A stretch of DNA of 64,000 nucleotides. It comes from Myxococcota bacterium (GTDB lineage: Bacteria; Myxococcota_A; Polyangia; Nannocystales; Nannocystaceae). The notes under the pieces are model-generated. The model did not search any database. It was given only the letters and a program-made list of their open reading frames with translations, and was not told where the DNA came from. Within the stretch, counting starts at the first letter, position 1. Each line of letters begins with the position of its first letter. Location: the NCBI GenBank assembly GCA_039028615.1, contig JBCCHT010000012.1:32001-96000 (forward strand), given 5' to 3'. This document shows positions 28,954-38,524 of this stretch, in pieces. The translations under genes and the position numbers were made by a program.

Positions 28954-29012
28954 CCCTTCCCACGCCGGCCACTTTTTCGGAACTTCACCCGGTGCGGGCT
29001 GTCCCTGCCTCC

Positions 29013-31470
29013 ATGAGCCGCCCTGGCGCCGCATTGGTTCTGCTCGCCCTGATGCTGGCGCCCGCACGCGCCCACGCGGACGAGCTGTCCGCCACCCGCT
29101 CGCAGCCACTGACCGAGGTCTCGCACTCGGTCCAGCTCAGCATCGATGGCGACGTCGCCACCTACGTGGTGCGGCGAACCTTTGCCAACACGGGTCCGCG
29201 CGCCGACGAAGCTCGGCTCGAGCTCGACCTGCCCATGGGCGCCGCGGTCACCGGCCTGCGCATCCGCGCCCGTGACCGCTGGTACCGCGCCGAGCTGATG
29301 GATCGCGACGAAGCGGCCGCCAAGTACCAGGAGCTCACGGGGGTGGGCGCGTGGGAGGCCAAAGACCCCGCGTTGATGCAGTGGGCCTGGGCCGACCAGA
29401 TGCGCCTGCAGGTCTTTCCCGTGCTCCCGGCGGGCACCAACACCGTCGAGTACACGCTCACCGCTCCGCTCCACTATCGCGACGGGCGCTACGTGCTCTC
29501 GTACCCCCGCGCGAGCACGACGGGCGAAGACTCACTGCCGCTCGCGACCCCGGTCATTCGCATCGACCCGGGGCACGGCGACGTCACCACCATGGTCCGC
29601 GTCGATGGCCAGCCCGTCGCTCCAGACACGCCGATCGTGCTCGGGGCTCCGGTCACTCCGCCGTGGATCGGCGACGGCGAGCCGTCCCCCCACCGTCGGC
29701 TACGGGTGGAGCAAGCTCGAGGTCGCCGAGCGTGGCGACGCCCGCTCGGCCCGGGTCGACGTGGACATCGACCACACCTACCGGGGCGACCTCGAGCTGT
29801 TCCTGGTCACCCCCAGCGGCAAGCACCTGCACCTGTCGAGCTTCTCCGGGCAAGACAACGACATCCACGATCACTTCGACGTGCAGCTCCCGCCCGAGAC
29901 GCGAGCCGAGGGCACCTGGCACCTGCTGGCCGCCGACGGGGCGGGGCTCGACGTCGGCACCATCGACGCGTGGAGCCTGACGCTGGCCGAAGACAAAGAC
30001 CCGGCCGACCCCAACTTTCGCAAGGTCGCCTCCGCCGACGTCCCCGTGTTCATCCCCGACGCGCCCGACGGCGGCACCGACGAGGGGCTCGCCCTCATCG
30101 AGGTCGAGGCCGCCCCCATCGACGAGCTCGCCGGGCGATACGGCCGGGTCGAGGTCGACGAGGCCACCCACTTCCTGCGTCTGGACCTCGAGGCCGCCGC
30201 CGAGCTCCAGCCCGCCCCCGAGAAGGCCTCGGTGGTGTTCGTCGTCGATGCCTCGCACTCCACCGTCGGCGTGATGGAGCAGCTCAAGCTCGCGCGTGGC
30301 TACATGGCCCACGTGCCCGATGCCGAGGCCCAGGTCGTGCTCTTCCGCCGCGTCGCCGAGCGAGTCACGAGCGAGTTCCTCGCGGCCGACGACCTGTGGG
30401 CCGCGATGGAGCGGGCCGAAGGCGAAGGCCGCCTCGATCCGGGCAACGGCAGCGCCCTGGAAAACGGCCTGCGGCTGGCGGCCAAGGCCCTGCGTGGCCG
30501 TCGGGGCCCCAAGCGCATCGTGCTGCTCACCGATGCTCGCCTCCGCACTCGCTTCCGCGTCGAAGATGGCGAAGACGCGGCCGGCCTCGCCCCCCGCAAC
30601 ACCATCACCCATATCGTCGTCCCCGGGCCCGACCGTCGCGAGAACCGACTGTTCCGCGCCGACGACCACGCGCTCGCGTCGATCCCCGCGACCACCGAGG
30701 GGGTGTTGTTCGAGCTCCAGCCGCTGTTCTGGGCCGACGACAAGGAGTTCCAGACCATCGCCCTCGACCTGGTGCGCCCCACCGCCATCGATGAATTCGA
30801 ACTCCACGGCATCGACCTCGATGCCGCCCCCAGGGTCCCCGAGGTCTTCCGCGAGGGCAGCGCCTACGGCTTCATGCTGAAGTCCACCGAGTCACCGTCC
30901 AGGGTCCGCGTCACGGGCAAGATCTGGAACCGCGAGTTCAGCCGGGTCATCCGGGCCGATCGTCGCTTCGGCCGGGCCACCGCCGCCTTCGTGTTCTCCG
31001 AAGACGAACACCACGGCCTCGACTACGAGCAGATGATGAAGCTCGCCATGCATGGCCGCGCCGTCTCTCCCGTGACCTCCTACCTCGCGACCGAACCGGG
31101 CGTGCGCCCGTCGACCATCGGCCTCGAAGAAACCGGCCGCGGCGGCGGAGGCACGGGCGAAGGCACCATCGGCCTGGGCAGCACCGGGCTCATCGGCAAG
31201 GGCGGCGGAGGCGGCTCGGCCCCCAAGGCCTTCACGCTGGAGGAGCTGCTCGAAGGCGGCGTGTCGGCGTGCGTCGAAGCCCATCACCCGGCCGCAGGCT
31301 GGCGCGTCGAGCTCGAGGTCGAGACCACCTCCCAGGAGATCGTCGACGTGCAGGAGGTCTCCGGGCCAAGGGCGCTGCGCAGGTGCCTGCTCGAGGCCGC
31401 GTGGGCGGTGACCTTGACCTGGAACTTCGACGACGAGCGCAAGACACATCACGTGCGGCTCGGGGCCTGA
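29013..31470 (+). pseudogene. Secreted VIT + proprotein-convertase P-domain + vWA protein, frameshifted at the C6 run 29686-29691
   Basis: Frame A: signal peptide and VIT-like domain up to GDGEPSP. Frame B continues TVGYGWSKL..DIDHTYRGDL (P-domain) and VFVVDASHS (MIDAS). Removing one C fuses the two. Confidence 0.8.
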
Positions 31471-31513
31471 ATCGCCAAAATCATCCCGTTCCCCTCGCCA
31501 CGCCGGCCGAGCA

Positions 31514-32605
31514 GTGGCAGATCCATATCGAGCCGTGACACGCCGATGCACGCCCCGCCCCGGCATCCGGGCCGCCTTCGCCTCGACCTCGTTGGGCATG
31601 GCGCTGCTCTTTGGCCTCGGCTGCCACCCCCACGGGAAGCCGCTCCGCGAGCCCTCGTCCGAGCAGCGATGCTACGACGGTGATGCGTCCGGCTGTCTGG
31701 AGGCCGCACGGGAGCACGAGGCCGGGCCGAGTTCCGAGCCGGCCATCGAATTGGTCGAGCGCGCTTGCTCGATGGACTCGCCACAGGGCTGCTTCCAGGC
31801 GGGCCAAACCCACCGCGAGCGCGACCAGCCCGGTCGAGCCCGCACCATGTACGCCCGCGGCTGCCGACTGGGTCACGAGCCGAGCTGCGAAGAACGCGGC
31901 CGCCACGACATACGGTCCGCGCTCCTGCGACACCCGTGGCTGTGGGCTTGTGCGCAGCAAGCCGGAGGCTCCCCGGGCGACGCCGAGACCGTACACATCC
32001 GGGCCGGGAACGCCGGAACCGTCGCGAAGGTGGTGCTCGATGCTCCCCTGCCCGAGCGCCCTCAGCTGCAAGAGTGCATCCGCGATGCGCTCGCAGCCAC
32101 CACCATCTCGACTCGATACGCCATGAGCGCGACGCAGGTTCGGATGGACCTGTCGCTCGACCCTCTGGTCGTGGAAGACATGGTCAGAGGCACGGCCGAC
32201 CGCGGCCTCGTCACCGCCATGCGGCGGCGCGTCAACCCGGCGCATGAGGATGACCCTGCGGCGGCATGCCCCGGGCACCGACGGTCGACCTGCGAGAGCC
32301 TCGCCGCGAAGCAGATCGACGAAAAGGCGATCTGGACCCCCGATCCCGAAAAGTCGGCCCTCGCCCAGACCTACGTCCCCGGCACGCCGACGCAGATGTT
32401 CGTGTCCATCGACTACTGCGTGGATCAGCGAACCGGCAAGACCATCCATACCCGACGAGTCGACTCGGTTCCCCCTTCCGCGACCGCGGATCTCTTCGTC
32501 GAACAGATCTCGAAGTGGAGATTCAAGATCTGGTCCAGAGACGTGGGCGAGGTCTGCTCTCGCATCCACTACGAAGTCCGCTTCAAGTGGCGCGGACGCC
32601 CGTAG
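31514..32605 (+). CDS. Hypothetical lipoprotein with Cys-rich Sel1-like repeats and TonB-C-like domains (start uncertain)
   Basis: GLGC lipobox; C..GDASGC and ARGCRLGHEPSC repeats; C-terminal ISKWRF. Confidence 0.65.
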   Translation: MADPYRAVTRRCTPRPGIRAAFASTSLGMALLFGLGCHPHGKPLREPSSEQRCYDGDASGCLEAAREHEAGPSSEPAIELVERACSMDSPQGCFQAGQTHRERDQPGRARTMYARGCRLGHEPSCEERGRHDIRSALLRHPWLWACAQQAGGSPGDAETVHIRAGNAGTVAKVVLDAPLPERPQLQECIRDALAATTISTRYAMSATQVRMDLSLDPLVVEDMVRGTADRGLVTAMRRRVNPAHEDDPAAACPGHRRSTCESLAAKQIDEKAIWTPDPEKSALAQTYVPGTPTQMFVSIDYCVDQRTGKTIHTRRVDSVPPSATADLFVEQISKWRFKIWSRDVGEVCSRIHYEVRFKWRGRP

Positions 32606-32645
32606 TCGACGGCGGTGGGTTATGGTGGCGAGCCGAGGCTGCGCC

Positions 32646-33740
32646 ATGCGAGTTCCATCGTCTCTGCTACTCGTGATGCTCGCTGGTGCGGCGTGTAGCT
32701 CCAGCTCGACCACTCCGGCCGGAATCGAGTCCCCCGAGGCGAGCTCCAGCGACGGCGCCCCCGCGATCGAGCCGGCCGGCGATCCGGCCGTTCACTGGGT
32801 GGGCCGCTTCGACACGAGCGAGCCCGGCATCCGCCGCATGGGCTGGTCGGGCGCGGGCTTCGTGGTGCGCTTCGACGGCACGGGGGCGAGCGTCCGCATG
32901 GACGACGCCGCTCGGTACTTCACGGTCGTGATCGATGGCGAGGTCCAGGCGCCCCTGGCCACCACGCCGGGGCTCCGCGACTACGTGCTCGCTCGAGGTC
33001 TGCCCGCCGGTCACCACGTCGTCGAGCTGTACCGCCGTACGGAGGGCCACTTCGGCCCTACCGAGATCCACGAGGTCATGCTCGAGGGCACGCTCGCCGC
33101 CCCGCCGATCGAGACCCGACGCATCGAGATCGTGGGCGACTCGATCTCCGCGGGCTACGGCAACGAAGGTGTGTCGCCGTGCAGCTTCAGCGCCGAGACG
33201 GAGAACCACTACCTCACCTACGGGGCCATGGCCGCGCGGGCGGTGGGGGCCGAAGTGCAGACGGTCGCCTGGTCGGGCAAGGGCGCCATCTACAACTACG
33301 GGGACGACCGGCTCCAACCGCTGCCCGAGCTCTACGACCGCACCATCGCCACCGAGACCGATCCCTGGCGCTTCGACTGGCAGCCCGATGTGGTGGTCAT
33401 CAACTTGGGGACCAACGACTTCAGCACGGACGACGATCCGTCGCAGACGCAGTTCAGTGAGGCGTACCTGGCGTTGTTGGTCCACCTGCGCGAGGTCTAC
33501 CCGAGCGCGATGATGCTGGTCGTCGCCCCCAGCCTCTTTGGAGCGGAGGCATCGTTGGTCCAGGGATACTTGGGCGACGTGGTCGCGCGACGACGGGCGG
33601 CCGGCGATGCCCGGGTGGCCTTCGCCGACATCAACGTCGCGTGGCTCGGCTCGGGCTGCGATGGCCACCCCGACGTCGCCACGCACGAGGCGATGGCGGC
33701 GCGGCTGGTGGACGCGCTGCAGCAGCACCTGGGGTGGTAG
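32646..33740 (+). CDS. SGNH/GDSL hydrolase, CE2-like, lipoprotein
   Basis: WVGRF N-terminal domain, IVGDSISAGYG, INLGTNDF, DGHP; lipobox GAAC. Confidence 0.9.
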   Translation: MRVPSSLLLVMLAGAACSSSSTTPAGIESPEASSSDGAPAIEPAGDPAVHWVGRFDTSEPGIRRMGWSGAGFVVRFDGTGASVRMDDAARYFTVVIDGEVQAPLATTPGLRDYVLARGLPAGHHVVELYRRTEGHFGPTEIHEVMLEGTLAAPPIETRRIEIVGDSISAGYGNEGVSPCSFSAETENHYLTYGAMAARAVGAEVQTVAWSGKGAIYNYGDDRLQPLPELYDRTIATETDPWRFDWQPDVVVINLGTNDFSTDDDPSQTQFSEAYLALLVHLREVYPSAMMLVVAPSLFGAEASLVQGYLGDVVARRRAAGDARVAFADINVAWLGSGCDGHPDVATHEAMAARLVDALQQHLGW

Positions 33741-33878
33741 GACATTATCCTACTCAATTCCGCTCACCGGGAATCTCGCTGGCATAAGGCCGAGCGGGGC
33801 TCGGTTGCTGGTCGACGTGCGTGATGGCCGGTGTCGTTTTGCCACCGGGTGACGTGAAAGCCGGGAAGACGAACGACC

Positions 33879-34583
33879 ATGGGAACACTCCAACGCATCT
33901 CCATGATGATCCGCGCCAACCTCCACGACATGATCAGCCATGCCGAGAACCCCGAGCGCATGCTCAACCAGGCGATCTACGACATGCGCTCGCAGCTGAT
34001 CGAGGCCAAGAAGCAGGTCGCCGTGGCCATCGCCAGTGAACGGCGGAGCCGCAAGGAGCTCGATGCCCACAGGCAAGCGGCCGCGAGCTGGGAGCAGCGC
34101 GCGATGCTGGCGTTGCAGGCGGGTGACGACAACCTCGCTCGCCAAGCGCTGGCCCGCAAAGGGCAGCACGACGAGATGGTCTCGGCCTGGCATGCGCACT
34201 GGGCCATGGAGAAGCAGGGGGTCGACGCGCTGCGCAACGCCCTGCAGGGCCTGTCCAACAAGATCGAGCACGCCGATCGTCAGCGACGATTGCTGGCGGC
34301 TCGGGTCGCTCGGGCCAACGCCCAAATGGCGATCAACCGCACGCTGTCCACCATCAACGGCGCCTCGCCCTGGGGGACCCTCGAGCGCATGGAGGAGCGG
34401 GTCGTGCAGATGGAATCCCAGGCCGAGGCCTACGGCGAGCTCACGGCCGGCACCAACGACTACTCGCTCGAGTCCCAGTTCCGGGCGCTCGAAGCCAGCC
34501 AAGGCGTCGAAGACCAGCTCACCGCGCTCAAGCAGCAGATGGGGCTTCCCGCCAACCAAGAACCCAAGCGCCTGCCCGCCTGA
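33879..34583 (+). CDS. pspA: PspA/IM30 family protein
   Basis: RANLHDMISHAENPERMLNQAIYDM, AGDDNLARQAL, ERMEERV coiled-coil pattern. Confidence 0.9.
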   Translation: MGTLQRISMMIRANLHDMISHAENPERMLNQAIYDMRSQLIEAKKQVAVAIASERRSRKELDAHRQAAASWEQRAMLALQAGDDNLARQALARKGQHDEMVSAWHAHWAMEKQGVDALRNALQGLSNKIEHADRQRRLLAARVARANAQMAINRTLSTINGASPWGTLERMEERVVQMESQAEAYGELTAGTNDYSLESQFRALEASQGVEDQLTALKQQMGLPANQEPKRLPA

Positions 34584-34635
34584 GCCAACGGCGGCCGCGT
34601 TGACCAGGCCTCGTGCGGCGGGGTACTGGTGAAAA

Positions 34636-35271
34636 ATGACCGGCGGCCCCCCGGACACGACTCACCGCTCGGACTCGGTGGGCTTCATCCTGGAGGCCGC
34701 GGCCGAGCTGTTCACGGCGGGCGGCTTTGAACGGACCTCACTCAAGGCGGTGGCCGATCGGGCGGGCGTGGCGAAGGGCCTCATCGCCCATCACTTTCAG
34801 TCCAAGCAGGGCCTGCTCGAGGCGGTACTCATGGAGTTCTACCGTCGCCAGAGCGAGGCCCTCTTTGCGGCCTTCGACCCGTCCTTGGGTCTACACGCGC
34901 GCATCACCGCCATCGTCGACGCCTACTTCGACTTCATGTGTCGGTCGCATCTGTTTCCGCGGCTCATCCAGCACATGGCCGGCCGCGATGAACGAGTCCG
35001 AGAGATCTCCCAGCAGCAGCTCCGTCGGCTGCACACGTGGGTCGAAAAAGAAGTGCTCCCCGAGCTCTCCGACCAGGGGGCGGCCTCGGCTCGTCACTTC
35101 ACGCTGACCTTCGCCGGTTCGATCCTCACCTATTTTTCATCGGCACCCGCCCTGGACCCCATGTGGCCGGACGAGCAGGGACTGCTGGGCGAGCGAGCAC
35201 TGGCCGAACGGCGAGCGCACCTGCACCTCATCATCGACGCGTTTTGGTCACACCTCGAGCTGCCGGCCTAG
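34636..35271 (+). CDS. TetR/AcrR family regulator
   Basis: ILEAAAELF..GFERTSLKAVADRAGVAKGLIAHHFQSK HTH. Confidence 0.92.
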   Translation: MTGGPPDTTHRSDSVGFILEAAAELFTAGGFERTSLKAVADRAGVAKGLIAHHFQSKQGLLEAVLMEFYRRQSEALFAAFDPSLGLHARITAIVDAYFDFMCRSHLFPRLIQHMAGRDERVREISQQQLRRLHTWVEKEVLPELSDQGAASARHFTLTFAGSILTYFSSAPALDPMWPDEQGLLGERALAERRAHLHLIIDAFWSHLELPA

Positions 35272-35272
35272 G

Positions 35273-35548
35273 CTACTCGCGACACTGAATCGCGTCTTTG
35301 AAGGTGGCGGCGTCCATGATGCAGTTGCCGCTCTCCTTGAACTTCATCGCGCCCTGCATCTCCTTGGCCGAGTCCATGGCGGCAATGCACTCGCCGCGGT
35401 CTTCCTCGAGCTTCTTCACCATCGCGTCGGAGCCCTCTTTTTTGGCGAGCTCGATCATCTTGTCGCAGATGTCGGTGGACGAAGGGCCGCAGGCGCCGAG
35501 GAACAGCGCGCAGGTCAGTACACCAAATGTCTTGTGGAGTGTGGTCAT
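35273..35548 (-). CDS. Small Cys-containing lipoprotein
   Basis: Lipobox LGAC, four further Cys, good codon bias. Confidence 0.75.
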   Translation of the reverse strand: MTTLHKTFGVLTCALFLGACGPSSTDICDKMIELAKKEGSDAMVKKLEEDRGECIAAMDSAKEMQGAMKFKESGNCIMDAATFKDAIQCRE

Positions 35549-36185
35549 CGATTTCGTGCCTCGACTCGCAAGATGTTCCTCGCGATGGCGATCGGCAAGC
35601 GTCGCGAGGCCAGGTTGACCACGGGGTCAACGAGGCCCGAAGCGCATCGACGTCGACACGACAACCCGTATGCTCTCGGTGCAGCCTCGTTCGGCCGCGA
35701 CGAGTCGGCGCCTTCCGTTTCGCGTCGGCTCGTCGCGTGCTCGATCGATCCGTCGACGAACGTCGCATCGATCGTCGTCACCCTTCGGTGTCGTTCGAGG
35801 ATCCAACGGTGCCACCCATGCCCCGCACGACCTTCATCGGAGACGGCGCCACCTCGACGATCCATGCCCGAGCACGTGCGCAAGGCTCAGCGCAGCGAGC
35901 GCGAAGACGACCCATGCACCGCCGGGGGCCAATCACCACGGACGACCGACGAAGCGCTCGCGGGCCCATGCGGGAGTCGACTCGCCGCGTTGGAAAAAGC
36001 TCGCGATGTCACGGGCTTCGCGTCCGAATCCAGCAACCTCTCCACACCGACCCGACCATGCCCCGTGGAGCAATGTGGCCCAAGCCCGAACCGAACAGGC
36101 CCGCCCGTGACCCGAAGGATGGGGGCGGAGTCGTCCATGAACAGGACGGTCGACCTAGCGCCATAGGCGCGCATTTTCGGCATCG

Positions 36186-36214
36186 TTGACAGCCGGTACC
36201 CGGCACGATAGCTC
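36186..36214 (+). promoter_or_regulatory. Putative sigma70-type promoter of the RRM gene
   Basis: Exact TTGACA at 36186-36191; weak -10 (TAGCT) 17 bp downstream. Confidence 0.45.
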
Positions 36215-36275
36215 AGTCGTCGCGAGAGACCGATTGGGAACGAATCCCTTCGGAGAAAGCACGCGACGACATCAG

Positions 36276-36755
36276 ATGGCAAGAAGCAACTACGCGGCGG
36301 GTAAACGACAGCGCGAGATTGAGAAGGCGAAGAAGAAGAAGGAAAAGGCGCTGCGCAAGCGCGACCGTTCTTCACACGGGGGAGACATCCCCATCGCCAC
36401 CGTAGATGAGCTTCAAGGCGGCTTGATGTCGGCCGACGATGTCGTGCGGCGAATGATGCCGGGCGGCGACGACGAGGGTCAGGAGCCGCAGCGTAAGACC
36501 CAGCCGAGCCGGCTGTTCGTGGGCGGCCTTGCGTGGCGCGTCACCATGGAGCAGCTCAAGGAGAAGTTCGAGACCCTGGGCCCGGTCATCGATGCCGTCG
36601 TGGTGCTCGACCGCGACACCGGTGACTCGCGTGGCTTCGGATTCGTGACGATGGGCAACCGCAAGGACGCCGCCGAAGCGATCAAGAAGCTCGACGGCCA
36701 GGACTTCGAGGGTCGAACCCTCGTCGTGCGGCCTGCGACCGAGCGCGGTCGCTAG
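36276..36755 (+). CDS. RRM (RNP) RNA-binding protein with basic N-terminal extension
   Basis: RNP2 LFVGGL, RNP1 RGFGFVTM; Lys/Arg-rich N-terminus. Confidence 0.92.
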   Translation: MARSNYAAGKRQREIEKAKKKKEKALRKRDRSSHGGDIPIATVDELQGGLMSADDVVRRMMPGGDDEGQEPQRKTQPSRLFVGGLAWRVTMEQLKEKFETLGPVIDAVVVLDRDTGDSRGFGFVTMGNRKDAAEAIKKLDGQDFEGRTLVVRPATERGR

Positions 36756-36804
36756 CCCCCGTAAACCCAGTTCGGCCGGCCGTCTACGACGGATCTGGCG
36801 TAAG

Positions 36805-36838
36805 ACGCGGCGTGACTTGTCCACGCCGCGTTTTTGTT
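36805..36838 (+). terminator. Rho-independent terminator after the RRM gene
   Basis: 10-bp stem acgcggcgtg/cacgccgcgt followed by tttttgtt. Confidence 0.8.
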
Positions 36839-37015
36839 GAAACCGGCTCGACACCGGTAAACCAGGTCCTAGAGTCTCCTGGACACGCAATTGAGCGCTC
36901 GACCGTGAACTGGACTACGCACCCGGCAACGCCGAACCCCTTGTGGGGGTTCTCATGGAGTTGCGCGCGAGGGCGGCCCTAGCATCGGCACTCGATTTCG
37001 ACCCGCAACGCCACC

Positions 37016-37969
37016 ATGACGACCCAGGCTGCCACCCTCGAGCTTTCTCAGGCCCTTGCGGTGGAGTTGCATGGCCTGTTCCGGGCGCTGGATCTGCGCA
37101 TCCAGGCCCCGGACTTGGTTCGAGACAAGATGGAAGCGGCGGGGCGCATGCTCGACGAGCTGCTCGAGGCGGAGTGGAACCTCCTGCCCGAGTCGGTGGC
37201 CGAGAGCATGGACCGGGTGGCCGAGCTCATCCGCGACTGGAGCCCCGACGACAGCGAGGCCTGGGCGGAGCTCAAGAGCCAGCTGCGCGAGGCCTATGCC
37301 GGCTTCGCCAGCGCGCTGCACCAGCAGCAGGTCCAGGTCCCCGAGCTTCGACCGGCCAACTACACCCGCTCCGTCTTCCACATGGGCTCGGCCGTGCTGT
37401 GCCTGGGCCTGGTCACCCTGCTCGACGCTCGGCAGCTGCCCTGGGTCGCGGGGGCCTTCGCCGTCTGGGGCTGGTCGATGGAGACGGTGCGCCGGTTCTC
37501 GCCCTGGGCCAACCGAATCTTGATGGCGGCGTTCCGCCCCATCGCCCACGAGCAAGAGCGCAACCGCATCAACTCGGCCACCTACTACGTGACCGCGCTG
37601 CTGCTGCTGTCGCTGACCGGCTCGCCGCTGCTGTGCGCGGTGGCGGTGGCGGTGTTGGGCTTCGGCGACCCGCTCGCGGGCCTGGCCGGCCGCCGCTGGG
37701 GTCGGATTCGACTCGTCAACGGCCGCAGCCTCGAGGGCACGCTGGTGTTCTTCGCGGTGGGCACGGTCACCGCGGTCGGAGCCATGCAGCTGGTCGAGCA
37801 CAGCCTCACCGGGTCGCAGATGTGGATCGTGGCCGCCGCGGCGGCCGTCAGCGGTGGCCTGGCCGAGCTGTTCAGCCGCCGCATCGACGACAACCTGTCG
37901 ATCCCCATGGCCTCGGGCATCGCGGCCGTCGTTGCGCTCTTGCTGATGGGGCTGTCGCCCTGGGGCTGA
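37016..37969 (+). CDS. Diacylglycerol/polyprenol (phytol/dolichol) kinase family protein with N-terminal helical extension
   Basis: RSVFH, GFGDPLAGLAGRRWG, RSLEG and IDDNLSIP motifs. Confidence 0.88.
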   Translation: MTTQAATLELSQALAVELHGLFRALDLRIQAPDLVRDKMEAAGRMLDELLEAEWNLLPESVAESMDRVAELIRDWSPDDSEAWAELKSQLREAYAGFASALHQQQVQVPELRPANYTRSVFHMGSAVLCLGLVTLLDARQLPWVAGAFAVWGWSMETVRRFSPWANRILMAAFRPIAHEQERNRINSATYYVTALLLLSLTGSPLLCAVAVAVLGFGDPLAGLAGRRWGRIRLVNGRSLEGTLVFFAVGTVTAVGAMQLVEHSLTGSQMWIVAAAAAVSGGLAELFSRRIDDNLSIPMASGIAAVVALLLMGLSPWG

Positions 37970-37982
37970 GCCCACCGCCGCC

Positions 37983-38420
37983 TCAGCGCTGTTGAAAGAC
38001 CGAGTCGGGGATCGTGTGCGCCCCGGTGGGGTTGGCCGCGAGGAGGCCGAGCTCGAGCGGCGCGACGGCGACGATCTTCCAGCCGCGCTCGGGGGCGGTC
38101 AGCGTGTACATGAGGGCAAAGTCGGCCACGATGCCGTCCTCGGCGTCGCGCATCTGCCAGCCGACGTCGGCCGTCAGGGTGCGGGCCTCGAGGCGGCGAT
38201 GGCCCAGCACCTCGAAGCGAGCCTCGACCACGCCAGCTTGTTGATGGCGCTCGAGCTGCCGAGCGAGGCTCTGCTCCAGCTCTTCGGGCGTGGTCAGGGC
38301 ATGCACGGTGGGACCCATGACCAGGCAGGGCAAGTGCACCAGCTCCACGAGGCCGGCGACGTCGTTGGCAGCGAACGCCCTGCGGTACCGATCGAGGAAT
38401 GCGTTGAGGGTCGAAGCCAC
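37983..38420 (-). CDS. NTF2/SnoaL-like domain protein
   Basis: Y..AF...D...L N-terminal helix and terminal GWKIV. Confidence 0.7.
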   Translation of the reverse strand: MASTLNAFLDRYRRAFAANDVAGLVELVHLPCLVMGPTVHALTTPEELEQSLARQLERHQQAGVVEARFEVLGHRRLEARTLTADVGWQMRDAEDGIVADFALMYTLTAPERGWKIVAVAPLELGLLAANPTGAHTIPDSVFQQR

Positions 38421-38524
38421 CGTTTTCCCGGGATTCTTCTACCAACGCTCCTCGCCCGAAGCGAGGTCTTCATGGGGCCGCCCGAGAAACGAAGTCCCGC
38501 GGCATCGAAGCTGCCGTGTCGGGG

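Noticed and set aside
33775..33812. Sigma54 promoter expected upstream of pspA
   Set aside because: TGGCAT and TTGCT are both present but not at GG-N10-GC spacing
35534..36166. 210-aa ORF and overlapping ORFs in the large gap
   Set aside because: No codon bias, RBS or recognisable motif; Arg/Pro/Ser-rich like random high-GC translation
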